Shown one piece after another: positions 49,260 through 61,232 of a DNA stretch of 64,000 nucleotides. The stretch is from Paraspadella gotoi (Eukaryota; Animalia; Chaetognatha). Below the pieces are notes generated by a model. It had not been told where the DNA came from. It did no database searches and saw only the letters and a program-made list of their open reading frames with translations. The stretch is taken from assembly GCA_051294375.1 (NCBI GenBank), contig CM119267.1, positions 1,649,080 to 1,713,079 of the forward strand, in the 5' to 3' direction. The translations under genes were made by a program, and so were the position numbers. Within the stretch, counting starts at the first letter, position 1; each line of letters opens with the position of its first letter.

Positions 49260-49635
49260 CTCTTTCCTCTCTCTCCTCTCTCTCTCTTCTTCCTTCTCTC
49301 TCTCTCTCTCTCTGCTCTCTCCTCTCTCTCTCTCCCGCGTATTCTCTCTCTCGCTCTCTCGTCTCTCTCATCTATCTCTCTCTTCTCTCTCTCTCGATCT
49401 CTCATCTCTCTCTACTTTCTCTCTCTCGGCTCTCCTCTGTTCTCTTCTCTCTCTACTTCTCTTCTTCCTCTCTCTCATCCTTCTCTCTCTCTCTCGTCTT
49501 CTCCTCTCTCTCTCCTCTTTCCTCTCTCCTTCTCCTACTCCTCTCTCTCTCTCGTCTCTCTCCTCTCCTCTCTCTCTTCTCTCTCTCTCTTTCTCTCTCT
49601 CTTCTCCTCTTTCTCTCTCTCTCTCTTCTCTCTCA
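49045..49635. repeat. Long noisy (CT)n tract
   Basis: ~590 bp of CT dinucleotide with interspersed errors; a similar tract lies at 51245-51670. Confidence 0.92.
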
Positions 49636-51390
49636 TGGCTAATACTCAGAAGCTCGTATCAGCAGCCAAGCGTCCGGAGCAGCGTGCCGGCGGGCCGAGA
49701 CGGCTGCCCCTTCTTCGGACTTACTTCGCTCGGCTATGCTTACGTCCTCTCCTACTTCCTTCTCACTTATCTCCCGTCCGCGGCGACTGCAAGCGTATCC
49801 GGTCTGGAGCCCAGCGGATAACTTACTCCTTCTCTCTCTCTTACCCTCTCACTGCCGAGTCTCTTCTCTCTGCCTCCGAGCGGATCGATTATGGTGATCG
49901 GCGAATCCCGGAAGTTTTTTTTGATATTTATATTATTGCAGCGGTCTTTTCACTATGTTGAACGAAAGAAAGAAAGAAAAAAAATTAAAGAACAGAACAG
50001 ACAAAAAAAAACGAAGGAAAGAAAGAAAAACGAGAGAAAGCAGAAGAAAAAAAGAATGAACAAAAAAATATTAAAAATTGAGACAACAAATAAACCAATG
50101 AACAAAAAAATAATGGGGGAAATATTATGAAGAAATTCAACAGAAAATGAAATAACAACGGGAAACAGTTGTGAAACAAATTCTTTGCTATGATTGTTCC
50201 TATTTGTAATTCATAAGGTTTGCTAAAAATAATAATATTACTCAAAAAGATATAAAATCTTAAAACAAATAATGATTAAATATCCTGAAAACAATTGAAA
50301 ATACGATAAAGAGAAATAATCAAAATTATATTATATACTATAATTGTGCATTTTTGTTTACACTGAGCAGACGTATTGAAGAAGTAAAATAGTAGCAAAA
50401 ATTTAAAAATCAAGTAGAATCAAAATTCGAGCTTGACCTGTGAAATTCTTAAAAAAAAAATTTGTTGTTTCTTCAATTTAAATAATTAGGCTTTAAAAAA
50501 AAGATATTGCATAAGTAACTTGCTTTTATAAAATAAACAATTACTTACTTTTAATTGATAATGCGAAGAAGTGGGAAAAACTCGTTTTATGGGTAAAATT
50601 AACTTTTGCCGGTTCTCAAGTTGCATTGATGTCTAATTGAATATAACGACCACTTGGTGATAATCAGTTGTGTTAAAGACCTCTAAAATTTGTACTAGAA
50701 AACTTCAACGAAGTAATGGTTTAAATATTTTTCGATTGTATAGTTTAAAAAAAAAACGGCATACTGTTCATGAATAACTATTCAAAGTTTTGATTGCCAA
50801 CTGTTAACTAGCCTTTAAATGAACAGGGGGTTATGAAGCTTTTTAAAAAAAACTTGCGCTTCAGAAAAATAATATTTTTAATGCCAGCGGAAAATTTGTT
50901 GAGAGAGAAATTAAAGCGAGGGAGATGGAATGACAAAAAATAATACATTAACATGAAAAAAAAAAACAAAGAGAGACTAGAAACTTAGGAGGAGTAAGAC
51001 GGCAAGAGCAGAGAAGTAAGAGAGAGAGAGAGAGATTAGAGAGGAGCGAGAGATCCAGCGCCCCGATCCGCTCGGAACTTCGACCGCGAGAAAAGAAGCC
51101 AGAGCTCGAACCATCGACGAGAGGAGAAAAATCTCCCCGATCCGCTGCGGAAAGAAGCCCGAAAGGAGAAGGTGTCGGTCTGCTAGCCGCGCGCCGCTCG
51201 CTCGTCTTGGACGGCCCTGCGTCGGGAGAGCTGGTATATGACTCCTCCTCTCTTACCTCTCTTCTCTCTCTCTCTCATCTCTCATCTCTGCTCTCTCTCA
51301 TATCTCTCTTCTCTCTCTCTCTCCTCTCTCTCTCCCTCTTTCCTCTTCCTCTCTCTCTCTCCTCTCAATCTCTCTTCCTCTCTCTCTCTA

Positions 51391-51426
<36 letters not shown>

Positions 51427-51444
51427 TCTGCTCTCTCTCTCTAA

Positions 51445-51477
<33 letters not shown>

Positions 51478-51635
51478 CTCTGCTCTCTCTCTTTCTTCTT
51501 CTCTCTTCTCCTCTTCTCTTCTCTCTCTCTCTCTTCTTCCTCTCTCTCTCTCATCATCTCATCTCTCTCTCTCTCTCATCTTTCTCTCTCTCTCTCTCTT
51601 ATCTACTCTGCTACTCTCTCAGCTCATCTCTCTCA

Positions 51636-51677
<42 letters not shown>

Positions 51678-52756
51678 CCCCTTGTACGTTTTCCCATTTC
51701 TGGAGACTTTCTTTTTCTGATGGAATACGGTAATGCTGTAAATAGAATCTCGCTGCTCCAACAAAATTTTTTATTTTACTAACGATATCAATAAGAACGC
51801 GACAAAATATGAGAAACTATATCATTTTATTTCAATCTATCTTAATTTAAGTTTTGAATATTTTACTTTGACTATCTACTGTAAAAAAAAATTACAAAAT
51901 AACAAATGCGGTTAATTCAGCATCATGAAGTCTNNNNNNNNNNNNNNNNNNNNNNNNNNNNNNNNNNNNNNNNNNNNNNNNNNNNNNNNNNNNNNNNNNN
52001 NNNNNNNNNNNNNNNNNNNNNNNNNNNNNNNNNNNNNNNNNNNNNNNNNNNNNNNNNNNNNNNNNNNNNNNNNNNNNNNNNNNNNNNNNNNNNNNNNNNN
52101 NNNNNNNNNNNNNNNNNNTGTAAGAATGACGTGTATTTAAATAAAATTTTGATCGTCGCCGTCGTCGTCGTCGTCTTTNNNNNNNNNNCGTGGTCGTCGT
52201 CGTCTTTCTCATCCTCTCATCCTCAGTTTTTGGAAAAAAACAACAACAACAACAAGAAAACAACAACAATTTTCTCACCGAAAAAAAAAANNNNNNNNNN
52301 NNNNNNNNNNNNNNNNNNNNNNNNNNNNNNNNNNNNNNNNNNNNNNNNNNNNNNNNNNNNNNNNNNNNNNNNNNNNNNNNNNNNNNNNNNNNNNNNNNNN
52401 NNNNNNNNNNNNNNNNNNNNNNNNNNNNNNNNNNNNNNNNNNNNNNNNNNNNNNNNNNNNNNNNNNNNNNNNNNNNNNNNNNNNNNNNNNNNNNNNNNNN
52501 NNNNNNNNNNNNNNNNNNNNNNNNNNNNNNNNNNNNNNNNNNNNNNNNNNNNNNNNNNCGCTGCGGTAGTTAAAGTTTATTTGTTTGTTTTTTTCGTTTT
52601 TATTCTTCAGTTTTTCTTTATTTTCTTTATTTTTATTTTTATTTTTATGGATCAACTTCTCTTTCGTCAAGATTTTCAACGATGAGTGAGATTAGAGTCT
52701 TCAATGTTTCAATTGATGAATTTACTGTCTTTTTCTCTGTCTCTCTCTCTCTCTCA

Positions 52757-52787
<31 letters not shown>

Positions 52788-53729
52788 CCTTTCCCTCTCC
52801 CTCTCTCTCTCTCTCCTCCTCCACTTTACCGCTTATTGCTCTTCAGGCTCCGACTCTCTGCCCGTCGCTCGTCAAGGCGTCTGGAGAAATTCCGCGAAAA
52901 TTGTTCTCAAAAAAAATCCTTAGAGAAGTCTAAGATTCAAACATGTCTTATAAAGAATATACTCTCTCATCTCAAACCTGCCTCCTTACACTCAATACTC
53001 TACCATCTTTCTCTCTCTACCCATAACCACAGTACATCATCTCTACATAACTCCTCCTCTTCATTTGCAACACTCTCTTATCTTTCGTTTCCCTTCTTCA
53101 TACTATCTCTCAATTTATATTAGTGCCCTGTTTTGCCCAAGGGTCGCATTCGAAAGCAATCCAACCGTGTCCAGTAATGCCTTATGGATTACTATTGCTT
53201 TATGCCTCTGTTGATTTGTCAGCCCAAATGACCCCCCCTTACAAATCCTCCTTTTGGTACTAGGCCCAGAAGGAGCTATTTTTTGCCCAGAGCGGTTCTG
53301 TTCCCCTTTTCTTCCTTATCATTTGTCCTGCCCAGAGCGACAATATTTGTGACCAGCCTCGGATTAGTGCACAATCCACTTACACTCAATTCGATAAATA
53401 TGAATTTCTCTCCTGCGAAAACATTTATATTTAATACTAAATCAACATTGATGTATAAGGTGGTCTTCCACCACTGGAAATTGTTTTCCTGTGCGGTCTA
53501 TTTCTGTCCAATAAGGAGTTCACTATAATCTCCAAATGCTTTGCCCATGTCCATCTCTTCCTTATTATGCGCGATCAATTTGAAGATAGGGATAGCTTCG
53601 CCTGTCGCTACTGTAATTTCCTCCAGCTACTTTCAATAATTAAAGTGGTTCAAACTCACAACTCTCCAAAACGCTCTTCAATGAAACTAACATCTTTTCT
53701 CAAATCTATTTCGCAGTTTCTTCTTCCAA

Positions 53730-54520
53730 CAAACTAAACACGTTCATGTCTAAAACTATACAAGCCAGACGAAAGCAAAGGTCTATTTTTTATGCAATTA
53801 ATAATTCTTAACTATTATACACTCTATAATATATCTACTAACTTTCTATTATCTCAACATACTTGTCTTTCCAGTCTATGTTCACTATATGCACCTCTCT
53901 GTTGGTGCTAGCAATTTATAATATCTTTTTTACCATGAGAATTAGTGAATATTGCAATAACTTGTCTATATAAATATCTATTATTATCTTATAAGAATTA
54001 CTTTATAATCTTAATATCTAATTTTCTTCCAGGAGCCATTCAAAATGACTCAGAATGTTTCTTATTGATGCCTTTGGGAAAGTACTGTCTCTGGTGGTCT
54101 AACACATCCAAATGGAGTATGTTGATGCTGGGTATAAAAATATAAGCTTATTACAAATGTACCAAAATAGTTAAATTTGAACCGTTTTATCAGGACCTTT
54201 GTCACTCCTGGAGACAATTATAGGAAAGATCCTTTTTCCAACATAATCTTTCCCAAACCGGACCACTTCTGTTAGAAGGAACAATAACTCCGACTAAATA
54301 TGCCCCATTTGCCTCCGCTCCCTTGGAGGAATAGTCTTGCCAATGGATTGCTTAGAAGGTAAAATCAATTACTGAGCATTAAGGAGTTATGTACCCATTA
54401 TTTTACAAAAATTTCTCTGGTTTTTTAAAGATTTTCTTTCTGTAATCTGACAGATGGATAAGCAATTCAAATATTCAAACCTGGAGATTGCCTTCAGGGT
54501 TTTACTGCCCAACGCAAAGA
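53730..54520 (-). mobile_element. Probable non-LTR retrotransposon (CR1/L2-like) AP-endonuclease remnant in noisy sequence
   Basis: Minus strand gives, in the expected order and after indel correction, ~ITE, ~IGCV(Y)RPP, ~KVILI(G)D.NID, APTR and ~SDHE.V: the APE-domain motif series. Frame-hopping is required. Confidence 0.45.
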
Positions 54521-56091
54521 CTGGTTTCCCTGAATCATTTCCGCCTGTCTCCCGTAGGCTCCTTTAAAACATAAAACAAAACGCTAACTCTATATCTGTA
54601 TGTTTACCTTGTCCTAGAGGGACTCTTATTGAGAGGCTTAACCCTAACAACACCTATCTGGTATTCATTGCTTTTTGCCTGGCTATGACCATCTAAACCG
54701 CATTCTCTTTTTTTAAAAATTATCACCTAAACTTTCTATTCTGTATGGAAACAATTGTTTGACTTCTAGATATNNNNNNNNNNNNNNNNNNNNNNNNNCT
54801 CTCTCTCTCTCTCTCTCTTCTTTGCACTTGCTCTCTTTTCGTTTCTCTCCCTCTATCTCTCATTTTCCCACCGTCATACTCTCTCTTTCTCCCTCTTTTT
54901 ACCTCTCTCTCTCTCTCTCTCTAAGATAAACTAAGATAACTTTTATAATTATCTTCATATATTGCTCCTGTCTTTTCACTAACTTCATCGATATTTTAAA
55001 TCATTCTCTCCCGTTCTTTTCTTTTCTTTTCTTTTCTTTTCTTTTCTTTTCTCCTGGTTTCCTATTTTTATTTCCCATCTTCCTTTTCTTTTTGCTTTTT
55101 CTTCTAATCCTCTTATTCTCTTATTCCTACCTTTTTATCTTCTTTATCTTCTCCTCGCTACTATTATCCCCCCTCCCTCCTCCTCCTCCTCCTCCTCCTC
55201 CTCCTCATTCCAACTTGCAGAGAGAAGTAACGATATTGGTTAACCGGGTAATAAACTTTCGTTTAAGCGGCGAATGAGTTTTTCTCTGCTGATGGAGTAA
55301 GGCTGTNNNNNNNNNNNNNNNNNNNNNNNNNNNNNNNNNNNNNNNNNNNNNNNNNNNNNNNNNNNNNNNNNNNNNNNNNNNNNNNNNNNNNNNNNNNNNN
55401 NNNNNNNNNNNNNNNNNNNNNNNNNNNNNNNNNNNNNNNNNNNNNNNNNNNNNNNNNNNNNNNNNNNNNNNNNNNNNNNNNNNNNNNNNNNNNNNNNNNN
55501 NNNNNNNNNNNNNNNNNNNNNNNNNNNNNNNNNNNNNNNNNNNNNNNNNNNNNNNNNNNNNNNNNNNNNNNNNTGCTGATGGAGAAAGGCTGTTGAAGGC
55601 TGGGGTAGGGCGGGATGAAGTTTTGGATGGAGGAGTTGAAGTATTTTTAGTTGGTTGGGCGCGATGGAAACAATTGATTGATTGATTGATTAATTGATTG
55701 TTTGATTAATTAATTCCTCTTCCTCCCCTTTTTCTCCTCCTCCTACTCCTCCTCCTCCTCTTCCCTTTGCCGTTGCTATTTTGTTTTGAAATTCTCCACA
55801 AGATGCCGCCAGTTTTTAGCGTAACTGTTTGCTTAGGCTTTTTTGTTTCTGTGTCCGAGCATGAAATAGAACGAGAGAGAGAGNNNNNNNNNNNNNNNNN
55901 NNNNNNNNNNNNNNNNNNNNNNNNNNNNNNNNNNNNNNNNNNNNNNNNNNNNNNNNNNNNNNNNNNNNNNNNNNNNNNNNNNNNNNNNNNNNNNNNNNNN
56001 NNNNNNNNNNNNNNNNNNNNNNNNNNNNNNNNNNNNNNNNNNNNNNNNNNNNNNNNNNNNNNNNNNNNNNNNNNNNNNNNNNNNNNNNNNN

Positions 56092-56127
<36 letters not shown>

Positions 56128-57060
56128 AATGCCGGTTTATGATTAATGCTCAATTCTGGACGCGGTTGGCAAGGGGCACGGGCCAAGGTGCCAGGACAGA
56201 AGGGCTGAAATGGCCTCCGGGAAAAAGATGAATTGAAGGAGAAAAAAGAATTTGCTTTGAGAAACAGATGGGAATAGAAGGACGATGGGAATGGAACAGA
56301 TGGAATTCCGATGGGTAGGGAAACAGACAGAACAGAGGGTGAGGGATAGATGAGTAAAAATCTGATGACTGACAGCAGTTGAGAAATAATTGCAGATGGG
56401 AACAGATGAATGTGATTTTTCGAAGACAGATAAGTGAGGAAAATATCAGATTCAAACAGAATAAAAGGAGGAAAGGGATAATGAGCAGACGGGAGCGGGA
56501 TAGAGATGGAGAGGACTGAAGATGGAATGAGACGGTTCCACTTTGAACTCAAATCTGGAATTCTATTTGGCTTCGCAGAAAATAAAGATTAGAATCAAGT
56601 CTCTAAAAGAAGGAGAGGNNNNNNNNNNNNNNNNNNNNNNNNNNNNNNNNNNNNNNNNNNNNNNNNNNNNNNNNNNNNNNNNNNNNNNNNNNNNNNNNNN
56701 NNNNNNNNNNNNNNNNNNNNNNNNNNNNNNNNNNNNNNNNNNNNNNNNNNNNNNNNNNNNNNNNNNNNNNNNNNNNNNNNNNNNNNNNNNNNNNNNNNNN
56801 NNNNNNNNNNNNNNNNNNNNNNNNNNNNNNNNNNNNNNNNNNNNNNNNNNNNNNNNNNNNNNNNNNNNNNNNNNNNNNNNNNNNNNNNNNNNNNNNNNNN
56901 NNNNNNNNNNNNNNNNNNNNNNNNNNNNNNNNNNNNNNNNNNNNNNNNNNNNNNNNNNNNNNNNNNNTGCTCCAAGCCTAAACGAGTTTTAAAAACGTTT
57001 TGTTTAGTCAAAAACAATTGTTTTAATTTGTGTTATTTTAGATTTTTTCAAGTTAATTAC

Positions 57061-57245
57061 CCCATCGCCTGACGAGTAATTAAACCAATCAGCTGACGAG
57101 TATTTAAACGAATTGGATGACGAGTTATCCATTCAATCGTCTACGCGTAATTCAACCAATCAGATGACGCTTAATTCGACCAATCGACTGTCGAATTATT
57201 CAACCAATCGTGACATCTTTGTTTCGTGGGCGGGAATATATATTT
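57061..57245 (+). promoter_or_regulatory. Degenerate ~24-bp tandem array of CCAAT + TGACG motifs followed by a GC box and TATA-like sequence
   Basis: Units like CCAATCAGCTGACGAGTATTTAAA (~6-7 copies), GGGCGG at 57228-57233, then ATATATA. Function is inferred only. Confidence 0.3.
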
Positions 57246-57749
57246 TTTTTTTTGGCGAACGTGATGCAGAAAAGATCAAATGAAAATTTGAATAAAGAGA
57301 AAGAAAAAAAAAGATATGGAAAAAAAGAAAAAAGAAAGATAGGGAAAGAAGAGAAAAAGAAAACAAAAAGAAAGACAAAGAATAGAGAAGAAAAAAAGGG
57401 AAAAAAAGAAAAAAAGAAAGAGAAATGAAAAAGAAGAAAGAAAAAGAAAAAAACTCGTTTCTTCGAATGCAAATAGAGTTGACATCATAAAAAAAGAGAG
57501 CGACAGTGAATGGTGAGAGTTATGGTGAGAATTGTCGTTGTTGTTGTTGACGGGAAATTCGTTAAAGTTGGTGTATTGGAATTCGAACGGAAAAAGAAAA
57601 AGAGAAGAAAGGAAAATAAGAAAAGAAAAGTGAAAGGAAAGGAGAAAAAAAAAAGAAAGACCTAATAGAGAGAAAAGAGAAAAATTCACTTTAACTTCAT
57701 TTCTGTGAAGTTGAAATTTTTTTTGGGATTCACTGATTTAATTTTCGTT

Positions 57750-57846
57750 AAGTCACGTGATCGGACGAGACGTGATTCAAAGTCACGTGATTTTAAGTTA
57801 CATAATTCAAAGTCACGTGATTCAATGTCACGTTATTCAAAGTCAC
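57750..57846. repeat. 15-bp tandem repeat carrying GTCACGTGAT E-boxes
   Basis: Unit ~ATTCAAAGTCACGTG; intact GTCACGTGAT at 57752, 57782 and 57812. Confidence 0.75.
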
Positions 57847-59626
57847 CATATTTTTTTTTAACTTCACGGAAATAAAATCTTTTTCCCCCTCATCGCTTCC
57901 TCTCCGTCCCACTCTGCTCCCCCTTCGTCTCTTGTTCCGCATTGTCCTTCGATGTCCTCAGTGTCCCAGGAGACGGCAGAAAGGCGGTCAGGGGTCGGAC
58001 TCGCCTGACATTTTCCCTTCACTGTTGGGAAATAGAAGTTNNNNNNNNNNNNNNNNNNNNNNNNNNNNNNNNNNNNNNNNNNNNNNNNNNNNNNNNNNNN
58101 NNNNNNNNNNNNNNNNNNNNNNNNNNNNNNNNNNNNNNNNNNNNNNNNNNNNNNNNNNNNNNNNNNNNNNNNNNNNNNNNNNNNNNNNNNNNNNNNNNNN
58201 NNNNNNNNNNNNNNNNNNNNNNNNNNNNNNNNNNNNNNNNNNNNNNNNNNNNNNNNNNNNNNNNNNNNNNNNNNNNNNNNNNNNNNNNNNNNNNNNNNNN
58301 NNNNNNNNNNNNNNNNNNNNNNNNNNNNNNNNNNNNNNNNNNNNNNNNNNNNNNNNNNNNNNNNNNNNNNNNNNNNNNNNNNNNNNNNNNNNNNNNNNNN
58401 NNNNNNNNNNNNNNNNNNNNNNNNNNNNNNNNNNNNNNNNNNNNNNNNNNNNNNNNNNNNNNNNNNNNNNNNNNNNNNNNNNNNNNNNNNNNNNNNNNNN
58501 NNNNNNNNNNNNNNNNNNNNNNNNNNNNNNNNNNNNNNNNNNNNNNNNNNNNNNNNNNNNNNNNNNNNNNNNNNNNNNNNNNNNNNNNNNNNNNNNNNNN
58601 NNNNNAAAAAAAAAGAAAGAACTTTGGTCAAAGACTAAGATTCTTTCAATTGTCTTGTCACGTCAATTTTCCTGATGTCATCGCCGACTATTGCAAGGAC
58701 ACCAACGACTATGACGACGACAATNNNNNNNNNNNNNNNNNNNNNNNNNNNNNNNNNNNNNNNNNNNNNNNNNNNNNNNNNNNNNNNNNNNNNNNNNNNN
58801 NNNNNNNNNNNNNNNNNNNNNNNNNNNNNNNNNNNNNNNNNNNNNNNNNNNNNNNNNNNNNNNNNNNNNNNNNNNNNNNNNNNNNNNNNNNNNNNNNNNN
58901 NNNNNNNNNNNNNNNNNNNNNNNNNNNNNNNNNNNNNNNNNNNNNNNNNNNNNNNNACGACGACGAAAAGAAAATCCTCGATTTCGCTTTTGTTTTCCAC
59001 CGACTTTTCGTCTCCATGGAAACCGCATGACGCCGGTAAGAAATCCAACGCCATCTTGGGAGGTGATTTAAAGCTCTCTCTCTCTCTNNNNNNNNNNNNN
59101 NNNNNNNNNNNNNNNNNNNNNNNNNNNNNNNNNNNNNNNNNNNNNNNNNNNNNNNNNNNNNNNNNNNNNNNNNNNNNNNNNNNNNNNNNNNNNNNNNNNN
59201 NNNNNNNNNNNNNNNNNNNNNNNNNNNNNNNNNNNNNNNNNNNNNNNNNNNNNNNNNNNNNNNNNNNNNNNNNNNNNNNNNNNNNNNNNNNNNNNNNNNN
59301 NNNNCTCGACTGACCCACCATACATGGCTTTGTCGCCGCTGACATCGCCGGGGGGGGAGGAGGGGCGTGGGGGGTAAGGAAGAGAATGGATGAGGGAAAG
59401 TGAGGGTATACGTCTCTTAAGGCATGGAAGAGGGGAGGAATAGTGAAAAGTTGACATGGTTGGGGAGGAATAGATGAAGAAATAAGCATGGAAAGGCGCA
59501 TGTAAAAGAATATGGAAAAGGAGATAAATGGGGAGAGACGAAATTGTCTCCTGATTTTTTTTTTCGTTGTTTTTGAAATAACTATCAGAATTATTAGAAA
59601 TACTTTTATTGATTGATTTTTGATTG

Positions 59627-59693
<67 letters not shown>

Positions 59694-59819
59694 CATTGAT
59701 TGATTCATTCATTCTGATTCATTTGCTATTACAATTTTTTTTCTTCAGATTTCCACTGATATGATCAGGTTTAAAAATGGAAAGATCGCTTAGTGGGCGG
59801 GAAAGTTCATCTTTCATTC

Positions 59820-59854
<35 letters not shown>

Positions 59855-60222
59855 NNNNNNNNNNNNNNNNNNNNNNNNNNNNNNNNNNNNNNNNNNNNNN
59901 NNNNNNNNNNNNNNNNNNNNNNNNNNNNNNNNNNNNNNNNNNNNNNNNNNNNNNNNNNNNNNNNNNNNNNNNNNNNNNNNNNNNNNNNNNNNNNNNNNNN
60001 NNNNNNNNNNNNNNNNNNNNNNNNNNNNNNNNNNNNNNNNNNNNNNNNNNNNNNNNNNNNNNNNNNNNNNNNNGGATCAGAAACTTTTGATCAATGTTTA
60101 TGCAGGATGATATTTGTGAACTGTCATCAGAAAACGTCAGTTATTTAGAAATGTGACCTAATTGAGTGAGTGTTGCTAATAAGGTATCGGCATTTATTTT
60201 ATAAATTTACTAATTTTAATAA

Positions 60223-60224
<2 letters not shown>

Positions 60225-60315
<91 letters not shown>
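60225..60315. repeat. (AAAG)n microsatellite
   Basis: Perfect tetranucleotide run of ~90 bp. Confidence 0.95.
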
Positions 60316-61197
60316 GAGTGTATTTATGCATGGGTTTTTCTCTAAATGTTATAAAGTGAGGGGGTGAAAGGTCTCCCGGTGCAAGGAGGAGGGTAGGAGG
60401 AGGGGGAGGAAGAAGAGGAGGAGAAGGAGGAGAAGGAGGAGAGGGAGGAAGAGGAGGAGTATCTCTAAGTGCCTGCGATTAGTAATTCCGTTTCTAGTCG
60501 AACCGAAGAGGGAGATCCGATCGTAAATCTAAACCCCCTTCCCACCTCAACCACCTTAATCCTCATACCACCCCCGATCTACGATTACTCTCACCACTCC
60601 CGCCCCACATTTACAACTCTCGATTGACACCCCCGCCTCCGCACGGGACATTTTAGTGAACGAGGGTCAGGAGTGATAAAGAGAATTAAAAGATGAAAAT
60701 GAGTTGAGCGATTTTTTTAAGCGGCGACGATTTTGTATAAATTTATCGTCGGGTAAAGTTCCGAGATAGATATCAAGATAGATATCGAAGCTGATTCTCT
60801 CTCTCGAGTCGTATAACCCAAAGGCAGGCCATGGCTCTTCCACTATAAAAAAAAGTTTATCACTAAATGTTATATCACTAAAATATATCATTAAAAAGAT
60901 GTCTTTTATTTATTACATACAATTTCGCCATTTTTTTCTCAAAACTCACGTCCAAGTTTCATCAACCGCAAACCTCATCCTTTTATGTGAAACAAATTGG
61001 GGAGAGAATTCATAAGGGAGTATCGCTCGTCGTCGTCGTCGTCGTTGTCGTCGTCATCGTCGTCGTNNNNNNNNNNNNNNNNNNNNNNNNNNNNNNNNNN
61101 NNNNNNNNNNNNNNNNNNNNNNNNNNNNNNNNNNNNNNNNNNNNNNNNNNNNNNNNNNNNNNNNNNNNNNNNNNNNNNNNNNNNNNNNNNNNNNNNN

Positions 61198-61232
<35 letters not shown>

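Noticed and set aside
48805-49961. Long Leu/Ser- or Arg/Glu-rich ORFs (also 17784-18874, 51207-51782, 41052-41483)
   Set aside because: Translations of (CT)n/(GA)n and other simple repeats, which lack stop codons by composition.
57092-57115. Hammerhead core CTGACGAG…CGAA
   Set aside because: Reads GAAT rather than GAAA, has no stem II pairing, and is part of a 24-bp tandem repeat.
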